The notes under the pieces are model-generated. The model saw only the letters and a list, made by a program, of their open reading frames with translations, searched no databases and was not told where the DNA came from. Made by a program: the position numbers and the translations under genes. From assembly GCF_002113885.1 (NCBI RefSeq), contig NW_018408747.1, forward strand, positions 59,655 through 123,654: a DNA stretch of 64,000 nt, read 5' to 3'. This stretch comes from Mizuhopecten yessoensis (Eukaryota). This document shows, in pieces, positions 39,041 through 52,654 of this stretch. Position 1 is the first letter of the stretch; each line of letters opens with the position of its first letter.

Positions 39041-39810
39041 GGTTTATCATATACTTAGTACAATATTCTGCATATCAGCCCTGTGTAACATGGTTAAATT
39101 CACGTGACCCATATCAGACCGGCGGTCAGGAATAGCATATCACGACTTTCGGAACTCTTCAAGTTCGAAACAACTCTAGAGTTAAAAGTACATCAGACTA
39201 CCACTGCTTTGTTTACATAAGATATGACGGTCACTTATGATTACAGGTCAAGAAAGGTGACAGAATTCTAAATTCACCTACAAATCGGATACCGGATCTT
39301 GATGACATTATTTACAAAGAAAATCTTTCTGGAGACAGAGCAGAAAATCAACAATCTTTTGCAGCTACTCAACAAATGCGAACTCAATAACTTCGCGATC
39401 ATCACAAGAAATAGTGGAATTTGATACAGAGTGAAATAGAGCAGTTTTCTGAATGACGAGACTTTTACATTATTGCACAAAAAGAAAACTCATGCCCGTC
39501 ACACAGCTAACAGGATTCCCAGCTAGTATGTGTTCTGGTACCATAATCGATGGAAATGTGGTATTTAATTATGGAAATACCTGCAACAGGAAAAGAGTAC
39601 GCGTCATTTACAGGACTCTGATTCCGATTTAACTGTCATGGTTGAACAATATGATAAATTGAATATTACATAGTAAACTCCATATCACATGGCATATCAG
39701 CCCTAGACTATTACAGACTTCGGGCTAAAGCCCTCGGTTTGATATTGGGTCCTCGGACTGATATGGCATATGATATGGTTTTAACCATGTAATATTCTCT
39801 GTTTATCAGA
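39041..39810. mobile_element. Putative non-autonomous DNA element splitting the 42-bp minisatellite (right end also at ~19330-19410)
   Basis: Interrupts minisatellite units. Internal inverted motifs catatcagccc/ggactgatatg and aacatggttaaa/tttaaccatgt. Confidence 0.4.
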
Positions 39811-39814
39811 AAAT

Positions 39815-40530
39815 TTGATATTAGTAGAATAACACAATTGCGACATCTCAACGAATTGAATAGGAGTAGAAATACACTGAATCGAACTCCCAGGCGATTT
39901 GATAGGAGTAGAGTTACACTATTGCAACATCTCAGGGGATTTGATAGGAGTAGAAATACACTATATCGACATCTCAGGAGATTTGATAGTTAGTAAAATA
40001 ACAATATACGAGTAGAAATACACTAGTGTAATATCTATGGTCATTTAATAGGAGTAGATTTACATTATTGCGATACTCAGGGGATTTGATAGGAGTAGAG
40101 TTACACTATTGCAACATCTCAGGGGATTTGACAGGAGTAGAAATACACTATATCGACATCTCAGGGGATTTGATAGTAAAATAACAATATACGAGTAGAA
40201 ATACACTAGTGTAATATCTAAAGTAATATAATAGGAGTAGAATTACACTATATCGACAGCTTAGGCAATTTGATAGGAGTAGAATTACACTATTGGGACA
40301 TCTCAGGGAATTTGATAGGTGTAAAATAACAATGTACGAGTAGAAATACACTAGTGTAATATGTTAGTGCATTGGATAGGAGTAGAAATACACTATTGCG
40401 ACATCTCAGGTGATTTAATAGGGGTAGAATTACTCTGTTGCGAAATCTCATTGGTTTGATAGGAGTAGAATTACACTGTTGCGACATCTCAGGTGATTTG
40501 ATAGGAGTAGAATTACACTATTGCGACGTT
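39815..40530. repeat. 42-bp minisatellite (unit 2)
   Basis: Same unit as 19420-20150. Confidence 0.9.
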
Positions 40531-41837
40531 TATTTGTCAAGTGGGATGACACTCCGTATAGCATTATCACTAATAGGCATCCATAACACTTTCGCGGCTG
40601 TTACAAGGTCACAGGAAAATGGATGTTGGCTTGCTCCATGCGATATTTTCGCAAAGTCAACTTGAATTGCATGACAATTTCGTTACAGTGCGAAGATAAC
40701 AAAACTGGGTCGATGACGATGAGGCGGTAAATCCCAGGTAATGACCGCTAGAGAAAACAGCCGGATACGACTGTTGCATAATAGCATTGTTTATTTATAA
40801 ATATTATCAATATTTATATATATAGGGGTTACACAACGAGTGATTGTTGAATATGGTATTTATTTCACTCGCGTTAGTTAATTTTCAAAAGTTACAAAAG
40901 ACACGAGCTTTAGATGAACGACTTTAAATATTGAGAGTATGCAATATTGCATTAATTAATAAAAATTAACCACGGACTATATGCGCGTAAGCATATCGTA
41001 CGAAGTCTTCCTCCCGCCAAGTGATGAAGACGAACTAATCGCTGTCAATATGTCCAAAACCGTAGGCCTGGGACATTTCTTCGTTAGGTTCTATGGTTGA
41101 CGTTTATAGTGAGGGTTCCGCCATAGACAGGCCCTCCAAATATTGATAACGGGACATGGGGAGAACGAAACATTTTCCGATACTGTTACAGATCTTGTTT
41201 GAGTTTCACAGAGACATATATTATTGTTATTACGTCTCTGGGTTTCACGACCTGGACACGCGACGGTATACTGTCGAAACGATATCGAGCGTCTGTAGCA
41301 GTTTTGCGTGAAACTAGCGATCATATCTTTAAGCATCATCCTCTTTTGGTATTGCATTGATAACCCCTTTTCCCATCGCATAATCTCACAAAAGTCGCCA
41401 ACATTTGCCGGATGTTGACAGCAGTCGACGTAAAGAAAACAGCACGCGGCAAAAAGCTCGTGAAAAAAGGCGTCCGGTCAAGGTTCTTCTTTTCGACCAA
41501 TCAATACTACGGAAGGTCATATACCACGTGTGGTGTATAACTCATATTATTCAACAGTCTGCATGTTTTTACAATGATCTGAGAGTGGAGTAACACAACG
41601 TATTGTGGTAGAAAAACTATTCTACACTTTTATCTTGTAAGTCTTACTCGAATCCTTGTCTTATGATAATGAAATTAGTTAAACAGACATGCATTTATGT
41701 GTTATATATAGAATACCTTGGAACAAAAAACAGTCTTTCCTTCACGTATGTATGCAATTGAGCTGTTGCCAGTAACTGTCGAGTGAAACCCTACACGTAT
41801 TGTATGGATACCATGTGCTTTGTGGTCTGATTTTAGC

Positions 41838-42186
41838 AGAGGCACTGTAGTCCAGTGGTAGGACGCCAGGCTCAGACACGAAGTGTTGCGGGTTCGAGTC
41901 ACGTCACGGCACTGTGTTGTACCTTTGAACAATATACTTTACTCTGCTTGTTCCAGTCTTCTCAGTTGCAAATGAGTACGTGGTTGGGCAGTGCTGGAAT
42001 TGTTGAATGCTACATGTAGCTGTGAGCGCCGACATGGCAGCATCGGCTGAATGCTCTCCAGGGAGTGGAGAAAGATATTGGCTGGTTGCATATACCCCAT
42101 AGCCACGGATAATAATTTATGAACCGCTTTGAGACGACCTACGAACTAGGTTGTGTTAAAGCGCTAGACAAATTATTATTATCATT
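41838..42186 (+). mobile_element. CORE-type SINE (segmental duplicate of 22089-22437)
   Basis: Near-identical sequence and flanks. Confidence 0.75.
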
Positions 42187-43054
42187 AGTTTAGTTTTCGA
42201 GCTTGAGCAGGAGACAGGTACTTGTATTCACGGACGAGATGTAGCGCGAAAGCCGCTAAAATTACATTACCGCCAAAATATGTACACTTACAATATCTCA
42301 ATATATAATAGTTGCGACTTAACTCTGCAATTCTTGATCGAATGATACCTTTAATTACTTTAAACTGTAAAGAGTTATTATGTTCTTAGCATGAGTGCAA
42401 AATTATGTTGATCTTCGTAAATTACAAATATCAAGTATGCATCTAGCAACATTTGTGCTTATGTTAATAAGTGCGATATCAGCGACCTGATTACTTTAAA
42501 AGTTTGCAAACTTTCGGACCTGACTTGAATATATACACTGTGATAAATTTTCAGCTAGAAGCGTAGAAACCCCGTGCACATCTGGATATTCTTGATTTGC
42601 TGTATATCGATTGATACTGAGATTATAGCCGGAGTGTGGCGAATGACTTATACAGGTGTGAATCCTTGGTAATTTAATACTGTGTTAACACAGATGGTCG
42701 TGATTCAAATCTGTCCTATGGTCATTATCCCCCTTTTTGCTTCAATAAAAAATGAGTATGCATATCATTTATCGATTTATGTATATGCTATACATATATG
42801 TGTATGTTTTTTCTAGCAAAGAGATCCTACATTTATTGTCAAGTCTGTTTTTGTGCTTGATAAAAATTGCATTAACATGTACTCTGTATATTTATACATT
42901 TTAAACAGAGCTGGTACGACTATGTCAATGTGTGAATTAATACATGAATATTTATAAGAAAATATTAGACCGGAACACACAATGGTATGAACAGAAACAG
43001 AAATATCTTTAAAGCGTATTGATGTAAGCAAGTTAGAACAATATTGTAGAAGTA

Positions 43055-43282
43055 TATGTAGGTGGCGCAGTGGATAGGACACTCGTCTTTCACCAAGACG
43101 GTGGGGTTCAATTTCCCGATCGGACGTGATAAGACATAGGGTCAATTGCTCGGAAATGTGGGTATTTTTCGGGTACTCAAGTTTCCTCCCACACTTAGAC
43201 TCCCTGAGCGCTAACGGCTTGGCCAAAAAGAGTGATTTTACTCGTTACCAATTTGCTGTAAACAAACTAAAGTTTAATTAAA
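43055..43282 (+). mobile_element. V-type tRNA-derived SINE, uninterrupted
   Basis: A and B boxes plus ttttcgggtactcaagtttcctcccac; defines the empty site of the LTR insertion. Confidence 0.75.
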
Positions 43283-44737
43283 GATTATTCTGATACCTAC
43301 TCACTCACTCACCTACTTACTTATTCACAAAAAAAGCTTTAAAACAAACACCAGCAATTGTATTTATGGCCCAGTTGTACGTTTGATACTTTATTATGAC
43401 AGACACAAACTGAACTGTAATACAAATCATCTTCATCATCCCATCTCCCTCATATTTGCGAAAATTTCACGAAACAGTATCAATACTCTATGTGATTGTT
43501 TGTTTATTTCCAAGAGAAGAAAGGCTGCAAATTACTTATATTTTTTTTTGTTCAAATACTTCATAAGCTGTAATATCAAGTAAAAAGGCATACATTTCGC
43601 CTTTCCGCGATAGGAAACGAAATAATCTGTAAGGCCTCGGGTTCGACAATCAAAACATGATCTCTCAGGTTGGAATCATCTATATTGTTTTCTTTGGCAT
43701 CAATTTCAATGTCCCTTAAAAGTAGAAGAAAACACCCGATTCCGCAGGTTGCCACACATATGTCGCCTCCTACGATAACATGCTATGGCATAAAGCAGGC
43801 CTATTTTCCCCCATAGTTACAAGACTGGATATCTTCGCCACACCTTCAAGGAAGTTTAGATCATATTAATCTAAATGAGAAGCCAAAGGATCGGAGAAGT
43901 ATCTTATTTTCCATCTGAATAGCCCGTTTTCATTTCGCTTATTAAAAATGGAAAAATAGAACACTTGAACTATAAAAATGGTATATTGTGTTGAAAAATG
44001 ATGGCATAATTCCATGAGTGTTCATTGAAAAAATTGTATTTTTTTTTCATTTAAAAATATGCATATATTTCACACTTCTTACTTACCATAACAGATAGTG
44101 TTTAAGATTATTAATGTTAGATTGTGGATAATGTAAAAAGTATGTTATCAAAGAAAGTATACTTATGCCGAGTTCCATTGCCGTTAGATTATATAGTGAA
44201 TACAGTTTTAAATTACTGAAGCTGATATTTGTCAATTCAATACTGCAAGCGAGGTGAAATTTAAATCCGCTCTCTGCCCTTTTTATTTCTTTAATTGCAT
44301 GCATGAAATTTACAACAGCGCAATTCAAAGGGGGAAGCTCAATTAGTCAATAATATTTCTAACATTTCAAATGGGAAAACACTTGTTTCGTTACAAATAT
44401 GTTCAATAGTGTTACTAAGATAAAAATATATTTAAAAACAAATGTTTATTACACAAGGATTTTACATCGTAAAACAATACCAAAGGGTTATAAAACCAAG
44501 CATTAAGCTATAATTAGATCCAACTATACACCAATAAAAGTAATGGGCCTATGCGTCATCTAGAACATGCTAACTACCCACACCTGATTACGTGTACAGG
44601 TAGTTACAACTAAGCGAAGTCTGACTTTAAACATTTAAAGATAGATCATTTATTCTAGCAAGTGTTCAATACAAGTGATTACGGTGTAAAACTGTTCCGC
44701 ACGATCTAACAAGACCAATTCAATGACCTTGCATGTG

Positions 44738-44765
44738 CAGACTTCCGTTTAATTTTGTATAAATA
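44738..44765 (+). promoter_or_regulatory. Gene D core promoter: CAGACTTCCGT + 9 nt + TATAAATA
   Basis: Same module; donor at 44834. Confidence 0.75.
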
Positions 44766-45355
44766 AAGACCCTAATCTATCTTCCTCTGCACCACTTCTC
44801 CAGTCCTCCACCAGTATCTTCTAGCCAAGTCCGGTAAGTTTTATATTAAGAACACATTAAATTGATTATGTTATTTTTTTATACATTAGACCTTATAATC
44901 ATAAAAAAATATTGTAATCATAATTTAAATAATTCATTTAAGTTCATTGTGGAATATCTTGATAATCATTTAAAGAAGTATTGCTTGCATTGGTTTATAT
45001 TCATACATTGCTTCATTGTCACTATACAATTTGTTTTTGAGATTTAACAAGAAGCTTTCCGAACAGAAAATTAATATATAAGGTATTCTTTAGATGTGTT
45101 TAACTGTAGAGAGCTAAATAAAATTGGATTCGGTATATAAACTTAGTATCTAAGGGTAGGCAGAAAAATGGAATAGAAATTATTTTTTTCGGAACACTTT
45201 TTCTTTAACAAAACGATTGTATATGAAATTAGATGATTTGATTAGCTAAACCTTGTTAGTTCAAATGATTGTCGGAACAAAAGACACAAGTAACATGTTC
45301 ATCTTGTTAACAGTTCAACTTTTCGATTTATAGGTATTCCTTTCAGAACGCAAAA

Positions 45356-46593
45356 ATGAACACCTATATATGTATGTGTTTGGCTTCATGCCTCTTGGTC
45401 GCTGTAAGCGCTGCAGGTAAGAATCATTTAACAAAATAATCATTTTTTGATTTTATGTATGAAATATAATAAAAGCTTAATTTTGAAATAAAAAAACAAA
45501 TTAAAGTATAAACTAGTAGACTTCCAACAGATTAAGATAGTAATACCTTTATTTACATTGATTCTGTAATAATGAATTATCAATATGATTTTCCAAATTT
45601 TAGTGTATTGAAAACCCTTTTTACTTTTTTGAAAATTTAGAAAAGCAAAATTAAACAATAGTATAAAACAGGAGACATCAAACAAATTAAAATATCAATA
45701 CCTTTATTTACATTGATTCTGTAATAATGCATTATCAATTTGACTTTCCATATTTAAAATAGCTTTGTAAGCTGAGTTTGAAGCTTTCGTAATCATCATT
45801 TTATGGTATGACTTGACAATCCTTGGAATGGCACATATAACTAATGAACAATAAATGATAGCATTAAAGATATATTTACAGTAATCAAATGCTAATGGTA
45901 TATATGAAATATCTATTACTGACAGGATATGGAAATGGATTCGGAAACGGAAATGGTAACGGAAATGGCGTCGGAAAGGGATACGGCAATGGCGCCAGCA
46001 ACGGATACGGCAATGGCGCCAGTAACGGATACGGCAATGGCGCCATAAACGGATACGGCAATGGCGCCAGTAACGGAAACGGCAATGGCGCTAGTAACGG
46101 AAACGGCAATGGCGCTAGTAACGGATACGGCAATGGCGCCGGTAACGGCGGTGGACGTATGTTTTCATTTAATAAATCATTATATAAAACGAACAGAAAG
46201 TGATTCTGATAACTGATTTCAAGATTTATCAAATAATCTACACGGAAAATAAATATCTTAAATAATTTGAGAGGATCATACTGTTAACTGTACCAATATA
46301 ATTGTTATTTTAACGATATGTAGTTAATCAGTTTCAATATGCACTGACTGGTGGGTCAGCCTATTCACAAAGTAATACAATTTGCTGTTAGAAAAACACA
46401 TGTTGAAATATTTATGTTTTAAAGTTTTGACAATAAAATCGTTTATTGTAAACATGTCTGATATATCTAAAAGGAAGAAAAAAATCAGATACATGTAGAT
46501 CGCTTTTAAAATATTTATTAATAACCGTATCATGTGAATGTATTGATTTTTAACCGAACAGCCTTTTTTTTTTTCTCTCTTTCAGGTTACTAG
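45356..46593 (+). CDS. Secreted Gly/Asn/Tyr-repeat protein of the abductin family (gene D, 99 aa), lacking the Gly/Met domain
   Basis: Exons 45356-45416 (signal), 45926-46156 ((GNGASNGY)n) and 46586-46593; 300 nt open frame ending GGGRY*. The micro-exon and Gly/Met exon are removed by a deletion with junction at ~46449. Confidence 0.85.
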
Positions 46594-47826
46594 ATGACTT
46601 GCCTGTTCGATAAATCTTTCAGTTTATAATAAAATGGATTTAAAATAAAATATTCGGAGAAAATACATTTGTTGCTTGTATATGTTAATGTCAATTTAAA
46701 ATGGTTAGGTTCCTATTGCTATTTGATAACTTAACAAATGGTGAAAGACAGAACAAACTTGTAAATACCATAACAATCAGATGCTTGTTAAAGTGATGTG
46801 TTAATATTTAACAGCATCATAAACATTGAAATTAATTTGTCAATTGATTCAAACTCATATTGATGTTTGTATCAACATATCGAAACTGAATTATTTCCCG
46901 GTAGCGTGTTACACTTTCTTAACACTTCCTACATTTTTTTTATAACTTTATGTGTAATTTTGTAATTGCCATTATGTTGAAATATGGATGCAATTAAAGA
47001 ACAATGTTTTAACTTCAATTGATATTAACTCATAATAATAATAATAAGTTGAGGTTCTTATATACCGCTTTATCAAAATAATAACAAGAAATATGAAGAA
47101 CGAAGCATTCATAAAACATAATATATTGATACAGGAAGTAAAAGAAGTAAAATTTTACTGTACACAATGACTATTTCATGAATATAGGACTCATCAGTGG
47201 GGCTAAAGGTCAAACGAATACATATCTAAATCTAAGGTACTCCGAAAAGTATGTCCCAATCACATTGTGTCATGAAATATTTACAAGAAACGATTAAGGA
47301 TCAGCTTATACATACAGTCAGACTACCGTTCTACAGCCATGAAGCAACACTTGTGTGTCTGTTACGTTCCTCTTCCAAGATACAAGATGGCAGACTCTGC
47401 TGGTGGATTTCTTAGTCCCTCTGAATTACCGTAACCTTGATTTATCCGACCTCTCATGTCTCAGATATTCGATTCGATATCTACACTTGTAACTGTAGCT
47501 AACAATATAATTTGTATCTCTCAAAACATCATTCCGTGTTAATGAAACACCAAATTAAATAATATGATAATTTTTTTTTGCCTATAGTGCATTTGTCTAT
47601 TGTAGATCTTTTTGCAGTGTAATTAACTTTTGGCATAATGTACATATTACCAAATGGTAAAGAAGCAATCACTTGTGTGTACAAATTGTCATGTTCTCCT
47701 CGCTTCCTTTTCCCTTATCATAGACAAATGTGATAACAGTTTTGATAATCAGTCGTTTCCATTAGAGACATATTTTTAAATGGCAAATACAAACACCTGT
47801 GTAGCTAACACTGTCAAGTACTTGTA

Positions 47827-48696
47827 CTGTATGTAATTATAGATAATAACCCAGCACAGGCCGCACAATCTCTCAACACTGATCTTACTAACATAGGTGA
47901 ATGGGCAACAACTTGGGACATTAAATTCAATCCAAGTAAAACAAAATCACTCATATTTTCTAGAAAACAAGACACCCATCACATCCCACTATTTTTCCAA
48001 AATAGCCAAATCATAGACACATGATCACATCAACACTTAGGACTTACACTTTAAGATGATGCAACATGGAAACAGCACATACAGAATATATACAAAAAAG
48101 CTTACAATAGACTTAATACTCTTCGCCATATCAAAACTAAAGTCAATAGAAAATCATTAATTAAAATATATATGGGATTTATTAGGCCAATTTTGGAATA
48201 TGCAGATATTATTTGGGATAATTGTACACAACAGGCAAAAGATGTTCTTGAATCTGTACAATTAGAAGCAGCTAGGATAATAACAGGTCTTCGTTCTGGG
48301 GTATTACATAACAAACTATACTATGAACTAGGTTGGGAAACACTATCTGTAAGACGAAATAAACACAAACATGTAATGATGTACACAATTATGCATTGGC
48401 AGACACCTCAATACTTACAAAATGTTTTAAATCCCTTTATTAGTAATCAAAATGATAACCCCTACCTTCTCAAACAAACTAGGCTCTTCAACCCACCGTT
48501 ATGTAGAACTAATAACTATTTCGACAGTTTTTTCCCTCAAATGTTCCGCACAATTAACATTGCAAATTCTGATCTTCTTAATTCTCCCTCTCCTGCAGCA
48601 TTAAAAAAATATTTAAATAAAGATATTATTTCTGATAATGAATCGGTTTCAATTTTCAAAACAGAAAGTAACCGAAGAGCAAGTATTATTCTATGA
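47827..48696 (+). mobile_element. CR1-like LINE fragment (RT C-terminal part)
   Basis: WATTWDIKFNPSKTK, HLGLTL and FIRPILEYADIIWDNC...LESVQLEAARIITG. Present only in unit 3, where it replaces roughly 0.8 kb of unit sequence. Confidence 0.88.
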
Positions 48697-50702
48697 TTAG
48701 ATATATATTGTATATTGAAGCTATATAATATAGACTTTCCTTTGTACTTTTGTGTCAGCTGTTGTGATCTAGGATCTTGTTCCAGTGTGATAACGCCGTT
48801 ATGTTAGTCTCTTTTTCATGTATAGAACACGTAATCTAAACAACCAAATGTTTGGTAAATATTGGCTTGAATTTATACACTGTTGAACGGTTAACTTGCA
48901 TTCCATACAGTTGGCCGGTAATACTGTAATATAGATTGAGCTTATAAAAAGTTGTGTCGGTGTAATGGTTAAGAATATATGTAAATCTACTACATATAGG
49001 GCTACTACAGAAAAATAGCGACCATGTTGAACCCTTGAGCTATATTTTGATGTTTCTTTTACATGTTATGTTGAATGAATTAGTTTTTCCCCAAACCTAC
49101 GTTTTATACTTTTTTCTGATATAGATAGATAGAGATACGTTTCAAATATACTGAAAAACTGGACAAAACCGGCGTACTGTTTAAATCATAGGCAAATGTT
49201 TGAATTTTCCCAATATTTTCTCCTCGACCGGCGTTAGTGTTTCGAGATTACTAGTTAAAACTATTCCCTTGGTTTACCGTTTCTGTAAAACACTGGCCTT
49301 TTATCACCACACATTTAAGTATTAAACCATAACGATATTTACACTACTGCCATCTCTTTCTCAGCAATTTTCAGTCTTTCCTAGGTTTCAGGACTTCTTT
49401 CCAGAACATGATGTTACATCCATTATATCTGTAAATAACCAAATATGCCATTATCTATAAAAAGACTAAACATAAACTGCCATTTCCCTTCACTAAAAAA
49501 AGTCTTTTGACCAAACTCAGTCTCAGAGAAGAGGCGATTACCTTCAATTCAACCGTTTTAATATACCATTCACATAGTTTTGAATAAAAGCATCCTCGTT
49601 TACTTTGTCAGTTTTACTGTTCCCCATAAACGCAAACAATTAATCATCTGGATTAGTAAAGCAATGACTAAATAGTTGAATCGTAAGGGAAGAAGTTATT
49701 TTATGTTGTAAATACTGTGTGAATAGAAAAAATAACTCATCAACACGTATGTAGTTAATAAAATTCATCACGTGACTTGTAACATATGTTTCCTCCTGAA
49801 AGGAATTACAATAATCTCAATTTGTAATGACAGTTTTATATACAATGATATGCAGTAATATATATTCCAATCGTATATCATTTTATAAAAGTATGAATAA
49901 TATATTTTTCGTGTTCAACTAATCATTTCTGTTGTCTTTGCAAGTGCTTAAAAAGACGTCATGTGATAAAAAAGCACTCATCGTGTCTAGCCGTTCCGTC
50001 CGTCGTCCTTCTAATACCTGGACTATTAGGGCAAATTGGTGCGCGTTTTGAAGGGTGACTATTGAACAAACACGACTGATTTTGGCACATTTGTCCATTT
50101 ATTTATGCATACAAAAAATGGTCTTATTAGGTAAGTTTCGATATCTATCAAGTTTTAGCGTGTGTGTGAGAAGGGGCCTAACAATGTCCTAAATTGATGG
50201 GCACAGTAATCTAAAATAGTTGGTTGATATTCATTTTGACAATCGTTTTTTCTTGTTTAAATATAGATATTTTCAGTATAAGTGATCCTCTAGAATTAAG
50301 GAGATCATATTTTACTTCATCCTTGCCTCACCCGTAATTAATTTATGCATCCATTCACTACAACGAATGGAAAAAAGGGTCACCCTCTATTGGGAATCGA
50401 CATCAGATTGACATAGGGTTTCCAAAGAATTAATAAACACAAAATGGAATGTGTATGAAAGGTTTAAATAAGAAAATGAAGATTAAAACAAGGATATATA
50501 TTTTCCTGCTTTGCTAGGTTAAATCGTTAGTAGTAATAAAATATGAAAAGTTTATTTTTGTTCAACCAATCGTTGCCTCTGAAACTTGGGCCTGATGACA
50601 GATACCTATATATGCAAGATACACGCACATGACCGTGCACCATTCTCATTATAATACGAACCTGTCTGTATTGGTCATATTGCTTTGCATTGGCCATACA
50701 AG

Positions 50703-52654
50703 ATGATGTCTCTGACAGAAACGACTGAGTATGACAACTTTGACCCGGAGTGCTATATGAAAACCCACGATTGGTCTACCTCTGAGGAAGAGGAAGAAAG
50801 GAGCATATTTCAATTCAATGTGGATTCTATGCATGATCTTTTTAATTCAGGTAACTGTGAGATAAGATTATAGGACTCTTTTATGCTCAGGGGTGTAGTG
50901 TATGAAAATTATTTTTTGTATCTCATTCCATCTACCAGTTTACGCTAAGATACCATGACAATGCGTTTGGACTGGCTACAATTTTCAAGAAAAATCGTTT
51001 TGACAAACAAGTACTTAGTCCATATTTTCTCATAGTCTCATATGTTTAAATCAACACTGAATGCTTATTCATCATAACTTGTTTAAGATCTATGATACTT
51101 CAGTATCTATAATAAGTAGATATAACTGACTTGCTGTTTGAATGTTAAAAAAATATTTTTTCTGATTTTAGTAGAGAAATCATGATATTACCTAAAACGT
51201 GTACTTTTTTATACCACCATGTTCACGTCTTTTTATTTTGTTCTGATATACTTTTGGTCCATCTTGTCTTTTTTTGTTCCGCTTTCGCATCTTGTCCTGA
51301 TATATTGACGCTGTGTTCAGTATTTGAATTCACATTTAAGTCAAACTTCATGTTAAAATTATTATGATATAAATAATACTGACATCTCTACAGAAACCAC
51401 GAAAACATGGTACCGTGCTCCGGAGGTGATATAATTTCCTTCATCACATGAAGTTTCGTGATGATGTCCACACGCCAGCAAGTATGACTAATAGGTCATC
51501 AACGAAAATAACATGAAAATGAATACGATAATGTCATCAAATAGTAGCTAATAGAAAGCAGAAAGCTCTGATCATAGTCGTAAATGTTGTATTTCACTTT
51601 GGTGACTTGACATATTGATTAATAGGTAGTAACATATATTCCTATTTTTAGAAACTTTGCCACTGTTATTGTTTTGAATTTTACCAGGTGTCATAAAAGG
51701 TCATACCTTACTGGACATTGGAACGGGTCCGACCATCCGAACTGTGGTCAGTGCCAGCGCCCACGTGCATGAAATATATCTCAGTGACGTATCTCAACGA
51801 AATCGAGCTGTAATGACTGACTGGTGGAAAGGTAATAGCATGGCTGAGGCTGAACTTACGGATTACGTCTTAAAGAGAGAAAATGCAAGGTACATCCAAT
51901 TATATGTATAACTGAAACGCATTCATCATATGATTAAAATGCAGGCTGCAGTTATATAGTTATATAATATTTTAAAATTGTAAAAAGAAAACAGCCAAAA
52001 ATGTATGAATTTAGCGTAGCATTAAGACTAGCGTTTCAAAGGATTTTCACCTGTGTAATACATTAGGGGAAATCAGGCATGCGAAAACCTGCCAAAGAAC
52101 GAACAATTCAATGTTTATACAATTGTAATTCATACTAATAGTAGTACAATTATGCATCTAGAAACAAAACATATTAATATTTCAAACATTTTTTTTTAAT
52201 TACTCAATTGTTATTTGAACCCTTACGATAATTAAAATTATGTATTCATTTAAGGCATTCAATAGCAGACAGACAGGAAATGATTAAAGCAAAGATTCGC
52301 GGAGTTCTTCCTATCGACGTCAGATCCGGACATCCGTTAGGCAAGAGAGATCATCCTCATCAGTTCGACGTAATAACAACGTGTCTCTGTTTTGAATCAG
52401 CTGCACAGACGACAGAAGCTTATCGTCAGGTTGTGCAAAATGCTGCTTCTTTGTTGAAAGTTGGCGGTCATTTGGTGGTCATCGGTATCTTTGACACCAC
52501 CCATTACGAAGTTGGAGATTTCAAATTCATGTCTGTTTCACTATCGCAAGAAGAAATAGAACAAATATACAAAACGTGTGGATTCCGCATAATCTATATC
52601 ACTCGAAAGGCCACAGGTAAAAGTTTTGCAATGCATGCGGTCAAGACAACATAG
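50703..52654 (+). CDS. NNMT/INMT(TEMT)/PNMT-family SAM-dependent methyltransferase (249 aa, ORF intact)
   Basis: Exons 50703-50850 (YDNFDPECYMK), 51688-51889 (KGHTLLDIGTGPTI, SAM motif I; EIYLSD) and 52255-52654 (DVITTCLCFESAA; SLLKVGGHLVV; HYEVGDFKF). GT-AG introns, phases 1 and 2; 750 nt. Colinear with human NNMT motifs (FNPRDYL, KGDLLIDIGSGPTI, DCVLSTLCLDAA, LLKPGGFLVI). No signal peptide. Confidence 0.92.

Noticed and set aside
44083-44328. Minus-strand 81-aa ORF next to a gtaagt donor, weakly hydrophobic or LRR-like
   Set aside because: The frame is not preserved in the paralogous segments (~30835-31080, ~56630-56870) and no domain is recognisable; at most an old relic.
50703-52654. Methyltransferase as an isoaspartyl repair enzyme for the Asn-Gly repeats
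   Set aside because: Its motifs are NNMT/INMT/PNMT type, not PIMT/PCMT1, and it has no secretion signal.
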